From Rhina ancylostomus (taxonomy: Eukaryota), in contig JARFYF010000001.1 in NCBI GenBank assembly GCA_030265395.1, positions 105,394,701 through 105,458,700 on the forward strand: a stretch of 64,000 nt of DNA. The letters run 5' to 3'. This document shows, piece by piece, positions 52,100-64,000 of this stretch. The notes under the pieces were generated by a model. It searched no databases and had not been told where the DNA came from. It saw only the letters and a program-made list of their open reading frames with translations. The translations under genes were made by a program, and so were the position numbers. Within the stretch, counting starts at the first letter, position 1. Each line of letters starts with the position of its first letter.

Positions 52100-54317
52100 C
52101 TGCAAAATAAAGAATTAAATTATTTGTGCCCTCCAGGTATTTGCAAAGATATGATGACAGAGGCATTCAGATGCTTACCCTCATTTGAACGATCTAAAAG
52201 TTGACAGCAAAAATTCTGGAAAGTATTGTACAGGTACTTTTGTGGTGCATTACACCATCTGATATAGACATGAATTAAAAATAAATACTGCTTTTATTCA
52301 GCAACTATGAGGTGAACAATAACTAAAATATACAATTCTTTCTAATTTTAATAAAACTGAAAAGGTGACCATGAATAAAATATCGAATGTTACAACTGTT
52401 ATAGTTTGTCACCCTGAACCACTTAATGTGACTTTTGAGGTTTTAAGAGTTACTGTGTGTTACCTTCACTCTTTAGTTTTTTTGTTTTAATTTTCCTTTG
52501 CGATATTTGTTTTGTTGCTACAGGCTTTATAAGGAAGTTCAGTTGACATAACTATGTAAGGAGGTACACAGAAATAGAAGGCATTCAGCCTCACGAGCAT
52601 GTCCTCCCACTCAGTTTCATCCAGGATGATACAAGGTGCAGATTGTGCCCTTGGCTTGAAAACCTGCACAACTTGACTGCATCATGGGAATTTCAGCACA
52701 GATGTTGGAGGCTTTACAGGATTTTCCACTATACTCAAACCTGAATTCCCATGAACAATGCTGATGAATAAATTTTGGTACTAATCAAAGCATAAATAAT
52801 CAAGACACTACATTTTGTTCTGTAGATCCTGGATTATCTATAAGGCTGCAAATTACAAGTTAAAATTTTGCATAGTCTATTGACCATTACAACTCACCTT
52901 TTGTTCTCTCTGCCTATCCTTCCTTTCTCCAACTAATTTTTTTTTAAATCTCTAACTTTTCTCATTGTTATGAAAAGTCATTGACCTGAAACTATTATCG
53001 TTTCTCTCATCACATATGTTACCCAACCTGCATTTAATGTTCTTTTTCAGATTTCTAACATCCGCAGCATTTTGCTTTTGGGTAATCTACTTCTGGATTT
53101 TCGGCAGTTTTACTACCCGACCTACCAACAGAATGACGTGGCCTTTTCTGACTTACCCGCCACTCCAATAGGAAAGGATTGTCCTCAGTCTGACTTTTTT
53201 TTATATAGAGATATGGCCAAAACAGTGAAACCAGGTCTCACTGCTGCACATCTGTTGCAATGCATTATGCTTCCTCTGAATTTGAAATGTTCCTTAAATC
53301 TGAATTTCCTGAATATTTAAAATGCCAAATACTCTGTTCCTTTAAGATTATGTTAAGTCATCTCCTTCCCCACATTTAGTTGTATGATGAAAACTTCCGT
53401 TTCGATTGCTAGCTTTTGCAGGGTGAGCAGACCTTGACTGAAATGGCAATGAAGGCATTTCTTGTCTTCAAGCCTCTGCAGTAGAGTAGGGGAAATTTTC
53501 CAGGCCTCTTGGTCTCGATCAACACTTATGTAGCACATAAGTGGTTGATGATGTGAGAACAGGATTATATTTAGCTGCAATTATCTTATATTTGACTACC
53601 TTCATTCATAGTTTGGGATCTTACATGAAGGATAGTCTGTGGTAACTGTAGAACCACAGCCAGCAGGAGTCACAATGTTAGACTGGAAGAAAATACATTA
53701 AATTCAATGCCAGTATCTTTGATAATTATGATTCTTGAACAAATGACAGCTGAGTTGCACACCAGTCATGTACATTGTTGTTCTATACCAGTAAACTGGC
53801 AAGTGAATTAATTAGAGAATGCCTGATTTGAAAGATTGGGAAAAAAATAATCACTGTTGTGTGAGGAGGGGTCTTCTGATACTGGGTTATTAGAGTTAAG
53901 GCACATTGTTTGGAATGCTGTAGGTCACTGTTAAACCTGACCCAGAACTGATGCTACCATTGTGTACAAGTTTTCCATTTCAAATGATAAACAATCACAA
54001 ATAAAAGGGATTCAAAATAGAAATCAAAAATATATTAAAAAAAGAGTGATTGTTCTTGTCTTTTAAAAGATGCAAAATGTACTATTCCCATGAAGTCAAC
54101 TCCCAATCCTTTTGATCATACCTGATTTAGTGGCATTTGAGGTGCATTTTCATTTTGGTGGCAGAAATATCTTGTAGCTTTTGTAACATTTCTATATGTT
54201 CCCTTGCTTTCACCTTATGTTCAATGTTTACTTCATTCTTGTCATATTAGAGGTCTTTCTGTTGTTAGACACCTCTTTAAAAAGTTTACTTTATGCAGAA
54301 TATCATTTAAACCTTTA

Positions 54318-54751
54318 CAATAAAACTCCAATAATCTGGTATCCAATTATTCAGAAATCCTGATGGTTTGGAATCTGGCTCATCAGATTTTGTTTTCTAT
54401 ATTCCTTTTGAAAATCAGTGGAGTCCCTTTTGCCACACTGCTGTTATACTCACCAGGGTCCTATTTTCCATGCTCGCTTTGAACTCCCTGCAATCCCATT
54501 TCTCACATTCCCTTCAAACTAAAGAGGGCCCTGGTTCCACACTCACTTTAAACTCACCACATCCCCATTTCCTGCACTCCCTTTAAAGTTACTGAGTTCA
54601 CTGGAAAAATTATTAAACTACTGTGTATTATTTAAAAAAATATGAATTAAAAGTGTGTTGGGGTATCAATAGCAGTAATACCTAATTGCTCAAAGGATCT
54701 GCTGGTCGGTCACCAAAGTCCCAAGGGTGGCAGATTATCGGAGTTTTATTG
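54318..54751. mobile_element. Non-autonomous Tc1/mariner (pogo/Tigger-like) MITE
   Basis: 21-bp TIRs CAATAAAACTCCAATAATCTG / CAGATTATCGGAGTTTTATTG (1 mismatch), flanked by TA on both sides. Confidence 0.85.
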
Positions 54752-55012
54752 TAATCTTTTCTCATTCTCTAGATTCTCAAGAGTCTCTTCCAATTGTATG
54801 AGCCTGACTTTTTTGAAAGCACCTTTCCAAAGACTGTAGCTGTGCAGATATCATGTGTTTTCTCAAAAAGTCATGATCATTAAGGAGGTGTGTACCGTCA
54901 ACAGATGTACATTTTACTCTGAACCTCTTAAGCTGGATTTTCACTTAGCCTATAAGTGACCCTATTCCCTGAAACGCAGAAGTACTGTCTTGGCAATCAC
55001 TGGATTCTATAC

Positions 55013-58000
55013 CTTTTGATGTCAGTGATTCTTCTTCAGCGCCACTTTCAGGTTGACTTGTAGAAATGGTTCCATATATATCTTCAGCGGTGGCATCTGG
55101 ACTGGTATCAACTTCTGCACTTTGTCTGCTTGCCTCTTTCCTTTCGTGAACAGAAGTCATTATCAGCTGTCCAGAATTACTTTGTGTTTCATCCTTCTGT
55201 AAGTTTGCAGAAGTGGATTCAATGGACAACTGTGTGGTTCCTTCATTGCTCATGTTATCAGTTTCTGCATAGTCATCATTTACTTTATATTTTGTTTCTT
55301 TGATGACATGCTGTGGTTTAATTTTAGTATTAGTGTCTTGACATTTACTAGAAAGTACTGCAGGTGGATTCGCATCCTCAGAAGGCAATGAATTCAAATG
55401 TTCTACCATAGCTTCAGTTTCTAGAGAATTATGCACCTTGTTACTTTTCTCAGTGCTTGTGGGAGTGACACTGATAAGAGATGCAGTTGTTCCTTCCTCT
55501 GATGAATCTACTGTGGAATCTAAATCAACAAATTCATTTTCTGATTCTAAATATACCCCTTTATCTTCCATAATGTTTTGTCGATAGGAAGAGTTTTCTT
55601 GGTTCAGGGGTTTGCCATTATATGAAACTGTTCTCTCTTCAGTTTGCGGATTTGATACATGATGCGGTAAAGTTTGTTCTTCATTGTGAGTTTTGTCCTT
55701 CTCCAAGGATTCCGCATTTTCTGTTACAGTGTGCTTTCCTGATTTAAAATCTGACATTATACATTGTTTCTGTAAAACACAGTCTTTGTCATTAAACATT
55801 TCCTTCACCAGAAATTTGCTTTTATCTGAGACGGTATGTATCAAAACATTTGTCTGGAGAATATCTTCATTAACATGCAAATTTTCAGAAAAAGTGTCTT
55901 CCCCTTGTTCTGAAGTAGCAAGCCACTTAGGTTCTGAATTAGAAGTTGCTTGTTTTACTTGCAAGTTTTGTTCATCATGCATTTTCAGTGAAAAGGGTTT
56001 TTCAGCATCTGCAACAAGCTCATTAGTTGCTGATTTTAAGAGCTGACATTCTTTTGTGACAGGTTCTTCTCCGTGCAAGCACTCACTATGATCTGAAGGA
56101 TGCTGATTGGATTCAGAATCTAATGTTAAAGTTTGGTGCTGCAAGGCATTTCTGTCACCAGATGTTTTTTCCTTTGACAGATCCCTAGTATGATCTGAAA
56201 CCTGCTGCACAGTTTGTATCTGCCATGTTTCATCATACAGTTGTTTCTCTAGTGAAGGATCATTGACATTTGTAGCTATGACCCCTTTATCATTCCTATT
56301 TAGTTGAGGCATTTCTTGTTTTTTATCCTTCTCAGACAACAAATTATAATGGTCTGAAGTTTTCTCTTTTGCTGAGCTTAAATCTGTAACATAGGTAAAG
56401 GCTTCTTCATTATTTAATTCTTTCTGCGAAGATGGGATAACTTGACTAGAGAGAGGAATTTCATTAAATTCAAAACTGAAGTTTTGCTGTTCATTATCAG
56501 TTTGTGTCTGGGGTAAAAGCTTGTTGTTACCTGAAGCATCGAGCTGTTCAACTTCCAAGGCTGGTATAACATCTTCCTGTTGTGAGGTTTGTTGCTTATG
56601 GTGTAATTTTTCCTCTGCCCGATGCTGATCATTATCTGTAATAGGATTCTGTTGTAGGTCTGAATTTATTACCTGTTCTTGTGAGAACTCTTTCACATCT
56701 GGCAACTCATTCACTGACATAGGATCGGTGGCATTTGAAGCAAGTTGTTCTGATTTTGGTCTGGATACTAAATTATCTTGTGAAACATCACCTTCAACTT
56801 GCAATTTATCCCACACTGAATGGTCTGCATTACCTGCCATCGTAAGAAGTGTAGTTTCTGAACCTGGTTCTTTATTAGATGCCCATTTGGACTGCATTGT
56901 TAAACGTTGTTCTTCTTCAGAAAAACTTTCTGGCGCTAAAGCATCATGTTTACTCACGATAGTAATCTGTTGCACTTCTGAGGTTAGGTGCAAAACCTCC
57001 TGTTCACCATGTAGTTTTTCTCCAGAATGTAGATTTTCATACGGCACAGTCTTTGTATCATCTGAAATATGTTGCTTAATTTCTGAAGTATACATCAAAT
57101 GTCCTTGCAAACTTTCATCTTTATGGAGACTTTCCTGTGTCGATGCTTTATTATGACCCAAGAAATCTGAGTCTGGTATTAAATTTTTCTCTTGTGATTC
57201 CTGAACGCCTTGTAACTTTGATGTTTTGCCATCAAAACTGTTTTTTAACCCATTCATAGAAAGTCTTGATTGTGCACTTTCACTCTTTGTTTCCCTATAT
57301 TCCTTCTCAGATTGCTGCAAGTATTCAGACTGACAGGTGACATCATTCTCCACCATATTTAGACATTGTTTTGGTGACTGAATTGTGTCTTCATTTATTA
57401 ATGAACCAGTAATCGATGCAACTCTACTTGTAACTGATTTCAATGTGGAAGAACTCTCCTCAGACTTGGCATTCATTGTGTCTTCTTCCTTATCCCTAAT
57501 GGTCTGTTTCTTTTTTTCTTCTAGTGGGTTGGAAGCGAAACGATCTTCTTTGGTTTGATGAAGCATTAATATATCTTTTAAACCAAAGGTGACCTTTTGT
57601 GATTTTGATCTATCCACATCCAATGTAGTGTCCTTGCTATTTTCAATAATGGTTTCTTTAGTTTTGTCTGGTAAGGAAGAAACCTGATCTTCATTTCCTT
57701 GACCAAAGCCTAACATCTCACTTAAGCTAAAGGGAGACCATTGTGAATTTGATTCATCTGTATCTCCTGGATTCCTTTTATTTCCATCAAAATTTTGAGT
57801 TTCTTCTGAGGTTCGGAAAGTCTGACCCCCACCATCACTACTAAATCTGAAGATATCACCTACTGCATTCAAGTTAACCCACCAGGATTCTGACTGGTCA
57901 TTATCATTTCCACCTTCTTCCCTGGTGCCTTTTGTTTCTTCTAATATGTCGGAATTCTTAGCGTCATTGATTTGCCCAAACCATAATTTATCACTTAAAC

Positions 58001-59012
58001 CAAACAAAGATTGAACATTACTCATTAAGTTTTGATTAACTTTGTCAATATTTTCTGATTGACTATACTTTAGGCTTGAATCATCTGCCACTGAATGTTC
58101 AGACATTTTCTTTCCTGACTGAGTGACTAAAGTTTCACTTGGGTCTGTTGAATCATCAGCAAGATATTTTGTATTTTCATGCTTATTCTCTTCACCTTCT
58201 TTGGAAGATAAAACATCATCTGGTAAATCACTGTTGAGATTTAACAATTGTGACAAACCCCCAATCCAACCTGACATTCCAGCACCAAGGATTCCTTTAT
58301 CCTCATAATACCTGCTTTTATCTCCCTCTTCTGACAACACAGAGTCCTCGTCATTGTCTAATGGAATTTTTCGACTTTTAAAAGAGTTTAGCTGTACAGA
58401 CTGGTCAGTTGGTTCCACAACCTTTTCATCCTTATTACCTTCCAGACCAAACCACCCACTAATTCTAGATCCAATCCAATCAGATTCCTCTTGCACAAAT
58501 TTAGATACTTCATTACTTTCCATTGTAATAGGATTATCTTCACTGATTTCTTGCCCTGGATGTTCATCTTTTTCTGCACCAATATTTTCATTATGCACAG
58601 ATTCAGGAAGATTGAGTAGGTTCACTTCATTATTATCTATATGTCTGGAGGCACTTTCATCATTTAATTGATTCTGATGATCAGCTGGTGAAAGAAATTC
58701 ATTTATTTGTACATTCTCATCAGGTGCTAGACTTTTTTCAAGTTTACCAGAGTTCATTTCTAGCTCTGTGGTATGATGTGTTCCTTGAATCTGTTTTTTA
58801 TAATGATCGACTAAATTGTCCACAGGTTCAGTTTTGACAGAATTACCTTCATAAACCTGGTTGTTTTTATTAGGCTTAGTTTCATGTCCTAATGTGGCTT
58901 TTCTTTCTTCTGGCATTAAAACTGAGTTTTCTCCATATTCACTAATCACTGAATCATTTTCTTCAATATCTATGTGATAATCTTCTTCATTAAGGCAAAG
59001 GAAATCACTTTC
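55013..59012 (-). CDS. MIA2: MIA2 exon 4, 4000-nt acidic lumenal region
   Basis: Starts ESDFLCL after ctttcag; uninterrupted ORF of more than 1330 aa; donor AAG|GTATAG is phase 1 and matches exon 5. The 3' end is inferred; the ORF itself runs on to TAA at 54945. Confidence 0.88.
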
Positions 59013-59514
59013 CTGAAAGAATAAATGTTAAGTGTTTAGTTTGCACTTCCCATTCAGGATATTTTGATAACTTTATTATTCAGTAATTCTGTGTGGGATT
59101 ATTTTAAATGAAGAGCTGCTCTTATGTGGGCATTATTTTACTTAGGAGCAACAGATTCACTATGGAATAACTGCACACAAATAAATAAAGGGAAAGCAAA
59201 GCATTTCAAGTCAAAATTGGCAGTTTAAGATATTCTAACATGAAATTAATAAATAACATTCCAAATAAGACCATTCATTTTCAGGATTACATGCTCAGAA
59301 GTAGCAAATTAGCTTGATTTAGTTTATCAAAATAAAGAACAATCAATCAGGGTCACTGTACCATGAGTAATGATTCACAAGTACTCCAAACAAAACCTCT
59401 CAATAGTAAATTTGTTCAAATAGATCCAAAATTTCCTATTTTAAAAAAGCATTGTAACATAGTTATGGATACATTAAATATATAAAGCAATTGTTAAATC
59501 AATTGAATGGTTAC

Positions 59515-59601
59515 CTGGGTTGATAGTTCTATTTCAGTTGATGTTATGACTTCCTCAACTCTAACTGCATCTTTTGGAAAATACCCAAATTGCTTCTCTA
59601 T
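59515..59601 (-). CDS. MIA2: MIA2 exon 3 (SH3-like)
   Basis: IEKQFGYFPKDAVRVEEVITSTEIELSTQ; GYFP motif; 87 nt. Confidence 0.96.
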
Positions 59602-59974
59602 CTGAAATAGAATTAACAACATTACAAGTAATCTTGAAGTCTATTGAAAGATCATATAAAGGTCTGCATGTTACGTGACTGCATTGTTAGTGGCTTAAAA
59701 AGAATATACAAAGGTCTGAAGTGTTTATTCTATCATGAGATGTACTGTGTATGTTCATACTTGCATATGGTTGGTTAATATGCAGAAAATAATCTCCAAT
59801 ATTGAAAGCCTTACAATACATATTTGTTTTGCATCAACTATGTATGAACCAATTTTTTTTAAACAGAACTTTAGGATTATGTAGGTCCACTGAATAGATA
59901 ATCAATCACAGAAATAAATTTTGCTGGGATTCATGTTCTTCAATAAAAGCAGCTTTTACGTAACACCCTTAGCA

Positions 59975-60597
59975 TGGTAAAACTCTGATAATCCAATATC
60001 CGATTTTTAAATTTAAAAGAAAAATTTATTTACAGCGTGGTAACAGGCCCTTCTGGCCCAACGAGTCCGCGCCACCCATTTTTAAACCCACGTTAACCTA
60101 CCCGTACATCTTTAGAATGTGGGAGGAAACTGGAGCACCCAGAGGAAACCCATGTAGACATGGGAGAACGTACAAACTCCTTACAGACAGTGGCCGGAAT
60201 CGAACACTGATTGCTGGCGCTGTAATAGCGTCACACAAACTGCTACACTACTGTGCTGCCCCAAATCAGTATTTGGAAATACTGATGGTCTGGCATCTGC
60301 CTCACTCATTAGTCCAGAACGTGAGCCGGGGGCCCAGAGCACAAGTGGGGTGTGCAGCTGGAACCCTGGTCTGGACTGTGGGCTGCATGTGTGGCTGGAG
60401 CCAGGACGGAGGTCTGGAACATGGGTGGTTTGCAGCCAGAGCCAAGGTCCAGAATGTTTGAATACTTCCCGCTCCCTTTACACTCAGTGGGTTTACTGGA
60501 AAAGTTATTGAACCATTGTCTTACTTGTTTAAAAAAAATGAAATAAAAAATGTGTTTGGGAATTAACAGGAGTAACATCCAATTGTCTGGAAAATGT
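59975..60597 (+). mobile_element. Second, degraded copy of the same MITE, split by a SINE
   Basis: GGTAAAACTCTGATAATCC left end; blocks at about 60271-60305 and 60520-60597 resemble 54350-54385 and 54620-54700. Confidence 0.65.
60028..60262 (-). mobile_element. tRNA-derived V-SINE (HE1-like) with CR1-type tail
   Basis: Minus-strand head GGGGCAGCACAGTAGTGTAGC...GTTCGATTCC (B box), core GAGTTTGTACGTTCTCCC, tail GGGCCAGAAGGGCCTGTT. Confidence 0.85.
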
Positions 60598-61135
60598 GTA
60601 GCTTTATGAACTCTGCTCCCAATTCTGACCTCTTGTGTACCCCCCCCCCCGTCCCTGTGGCCCCACTGTTGACAGCTGTGCTTCCATCCATGGAATTTCT
60701 TTACAAACCCCTCTGCTTCCACATCCATTCCTACCTCCTTTACTATCACTTTAGTCATCCATAACTAATATTCTGCTTGATNNNNNNNNNNNNNNNNNNN
60801 NNNNNNNNNNNNNNNNNNNNNNNNNNNNNNNNNNNNNNNNNNNNNNNNNNNNNNNNNNNNNNNNNNNNNNNNNNNNNNNNNTTCACCCAATTATGCTCTT
60901 GTGTGATACATTGGAAGGTTTTGATATCTTAACCATAAGTTTATTTTAAAATGCAAAATAAAGTTGTTTTAGATCTGGGGAATGTTACAGAGAAAGAAGG
61001 TTTGAGTACATGATGTACTTCCTGTGTCTATCAACAGGACAACCAAGAAGAAAACATTGATTCAATTGGTTATTAAGTCACAAAAAATGGATGCAATACA
61101 TTCTGGAACAAAATAACACATCACAGAATACTTAC

Positions 61136-61269
61136 ACTTCCAGCCCATAAATCATCTCTTTTTCCAGTCAATTTAAGATAAACAAATATGGAGTCTCCAT
61201 GCTTAAAAGTAAGGAATCTACAGTCACGACCTGTGTAATCCAATGTAGCTGTTGCTCTACTCAAGTATC
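61136..61269 (-). CDS. MIA2: MIA2 exon 2 (SH3-like)
   Basis: RYLSRATATLDYTGRDCRFLTFKHGDSIFVYLKLTGKRDDLWAGS; AG/GT; 134 nt. Confidence 0.96.
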
Positions 61270-62608
61270 CTGTATAAATGTCAAGGGTAATTTGGTCAAA
61301 AACTTACAAAAATAAGGAAAATAAATGTAATTCAAATAATACTAAAAGTGTAAGCTATCTATTCAAACAGCTGTTTGAATTGTTATTTTTGTATAATATA
61401 AATTATCAGATAGGAGAATTTGTCCTTGTGTATGCTTTGACATCATCCGAAAAATCAATTTGTTTTGCCGGTACATCCAGATTTACCAAACCAGAAAGGA
61501 TAGCTGAATCCGCTAAGTAATCCACATAAAATATAAGTGGGTGGAACAAGTCAGTTACAAGTCAAAAAACCCGAAGGAATCTATTAACAATTAAAATAAG
61601 TTTCAATGTGTTTCATGAAGGAATGAACAGAAAGGGAAATCAAAAAACTGCAGATGCCAGATATCTGACATAAAAACAGAAAATGTGAGAAACACCCATC
61701 AAGTCAGGCAGCATCAATGGAAGGAGGATCAGTTTGATGATGCGTCTTTGACCTGAAACATAAACTGATTGTCTTCAGCATTTTCTCTTTTTATTTTTGA
61801 TGAGCATAAAGTACTGCCTATTAGCATGGGGAAAAATAGGGTGACATCAATACTGCTTAAGTAGTGGCACAGAAATTGAGGCTAAACTGACAATCTGGGT
61901 TTCAGTTATAAGATCAATGTGTATAATCATTGAACAAAATCAATCCACACACCATATGGGTTGTTGAACTTTCACAGAAAATCATGGTCAAACTGAAATT
62001 CTCCAGGAAAATCATACATAGACGTGAACCACTTCGAGGTGCATCTCTCTCTGCTCTAAAACTCAAGTGGAACCTATTTAAACATGAAAACAGGGGTCGC
62101 ACAGTAAGAAAAAGTCAAAGGAGGTTCACCCCCCCATTGAAAGTCTACGCAAGGAAATTAAATCTCAGAGAATACCATGTTCTGTTTTGGTCTTCAAGCC
62201 ACTGGGAACTGGCCATGACGGAGCATAAACACAAGTCTAATCTCTGGAGTCAGGGAAATCTTAGACCTTTAAATATCATAGTAAAGATGCAAGACTACAG
62301 AAGATGATAAAAAAGGCTGCAGTATAGGAAAACTTGATTACTTCAAAAACACGAGTGTAGGACAAGGCAACACATGCTCAAACAGTAAAAGAGCAGATTT
62401 GACATTGAGGTCAGCCCAATCAACAGCTGGAATGGAATTTCAGGTCTGGGCTAGAGCCAGAAATCATTTGGGAAAACAGTATGACACAGTGGAGAACTGT
62501 CTGGTCTTAATATGTCAAAACTGGGCACGTGGCATTATTAATCTCAATCAAACCTGAAAACAAGATGCTTTCCTTAATCAGCGCTTAACATTGTGGAATG
62601 TCACTTAC

Positions 62609-62720
62609 GTTCACATTCAGGATCTCCACATACTTTAAAGTCAGATAGTTTGGAAACCATGAGGCTTGGGATCAGTTGCAAGAGCAGAAGTAAAGTGCGG
62701 AGGGCTGCAGCCAGCGCCAT
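62609..62720 (-). CDS. MIA2: MIA2 exon 1 (signal peptide, start of SH3/MOTH)
   Basis: MALAAALRTLLLLLQLIPSLMVSKLSDFKVCGDPECE; MIA-family KxCGDxEC motif; donor C|GTAAGT; 112 nt. Confidence 0.95.
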
Positions 62721-63045
62721 GTTGAACTGCACTTCCCAATGGATCTTCTCCAGTTTGGGCAGACAGATGCTGAGATGGGAATAAGAAATAAACGCTCCTG
62801 TTACATCCAGCTGATACCGCCCCCTCTCCCCACAAAACAAACAAATGCAACCCCCGTTGTCATTTGAAAAGCTATAGTTATTATTTTTAAAAGAAAATTA
62901 CGACGTGTCCTTGGACCNNNNNNNNNNNNNNNNNNNNNNNNNNNNNNNNNNNNNNNNNNNNNNNNCTTGGGTAAATCATCGAACCTTGAACACTTGGGAG
63001 GTATCTGTAATGAATTGCCCAGTGCAGCAACGTTAAGGAACTTAG

Positions 63046-63087
63046 GTTAATTATTACAATTTAAAAATAATGGTCAGAATTATTAAC
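63046..63087. promoter_or_regulatory. HNF1-like sites upstream of MIA2
   Basis: GTTAATTATTACA 63046-63058 and AATTATTAAC ending 63087, against consensus GTTAATNATTAAC. Confidence 0.55.
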
Positions 63088-64000
63088 TTATCATGTCTCA
63101 TTTACCACCATCAATTCATATGGCTAAACTATTGGATTGTTTCCCCTGTTGGTTAAAAAGTACCAAATGTGAAAATTATTACAGATTTGTAGCTTTCTGT
63201 GACTCTGGCTTTATTCGGATTTATAGTGATATCTGCAGATCTAACAAGGGTTCAGCACAGGGAGTTGAACAGAAACAACATTAAACAGTAGACGTCCAGA
63301 TGGTCCGGCCGGCCCATGGAGCTGACACTAATCGGTGAGCTGCAGTGTTGTCCATGGTTCATGTTGACGTGTTTCCCTTGGATATTCCCGTCTGAACAAC
63401 TTACCCAGCCCCACCCAAAACCTGAACTGCATCAAACGTAGATTTTTCAGGGTCATTCATTACCCTCGTCTGCTATCTGAATAAAAACCAGTTCTCTTAC
63501 TTCGGGTTCTTAATAAATGTTGTTGATACCGCAGACACTTGGCGTACTTTAAGAAACTTTTGAACTGACTAACAAGATCTGGCCTGTCTGTTAATTATCT
63601 ATCAGGGCACGAAGAGACTGGTGCTTGACTTGGCTATTGATTGAATCGTTGAATGTGAACCTCAGGTAGTTTCCCCGCCCCCCAGAAAACTCTAGCATTC
63701 AAGATTAAGTTGATATCAATCATTTACAATTTGTACCTTATTCAATAGTTGATTAACAGGACTCTTTCAAAAAAAAGGCTTTTCATTCTGAATACAATAT
63801 CCAAACAAAGGTGATCTACTTAAATATGCGTGCACTGGGATATTTTAACATTGGCGTATTAATACTGGGTTCCAGCCTTCACAGTTGAGAATGCTATTTT
63901 TCAATTGGACTTTCGCCCTTGTACGGCTGAGCCAATCACAGGGAACTGGTGGAACCTCGGCGCTTCTTCGCTAATTATCAATGGGCAGGCCGGCGTTCCA

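Noticed and set aside
55693-58671. Plus-strand Ser-rich ORFs opposite exon 4
   Set aside because: Antisense shadows of the MIA2 coding frame.
60180-60262. tRNA-like A/B boxes
   Set aside because: SINE head joined to a core and LINE tail; not a tRNA gene.
15448-62720. Assignment as MIA3/TANGO1
   Set aside because: LNASLK, RAKDLEEEL, SPYGPSP and SDxGSLSP motifs and adjacency to FBXO33 fit MIA2/cTAGE5.
1-64000. CRISPR arrays, operons or phage/defence systems
   Set aside because: Intron-rich vertebrate DNA; no regularly spaced repeat-spacer array seen.

Overview
This is eukaryotic DNA, not prokaryotic. The repeat content (CR1/HER1-type LINEs, tRNA-derived V-SINEs, Penelope GIY-YIG relics, Rex1/Babar-like tails) points to a cartilaginous fish. 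Two convergent genes fill the window, tail-to-tail as in other vertebrates. FBXO33 is on + (3 coding exons, 5791-12051, about 461 aa). A read-through MIA2-cTAGE5 (TALI) gene is on - (ATG 62720 to stop 15448). I traced 28 phase-compatible coding exons by hand plus one decayed exon, giving about 2,340 aa: signal peptide, SH3/MOTH domain, a 4.0-kb lumenal exon, TM segment, coiled coils and a proline-rich tail. Most short ORFs in the track are intronic or repeat noise. I found no clearly new gene system. The best leads are an 83-nt near-perfect hairpin in MIA2 intron 6, a MITE end that may supply a poly(A) signal for a secreted MIA2 isoform, repeats in the expanded lumenal exon, several signs of erosion in the cTAGE5 half, and a possible divergent transcript upstream of FBXO33. 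All comparisons with human exon sizes and sequences are from memory and need checking by alignment.
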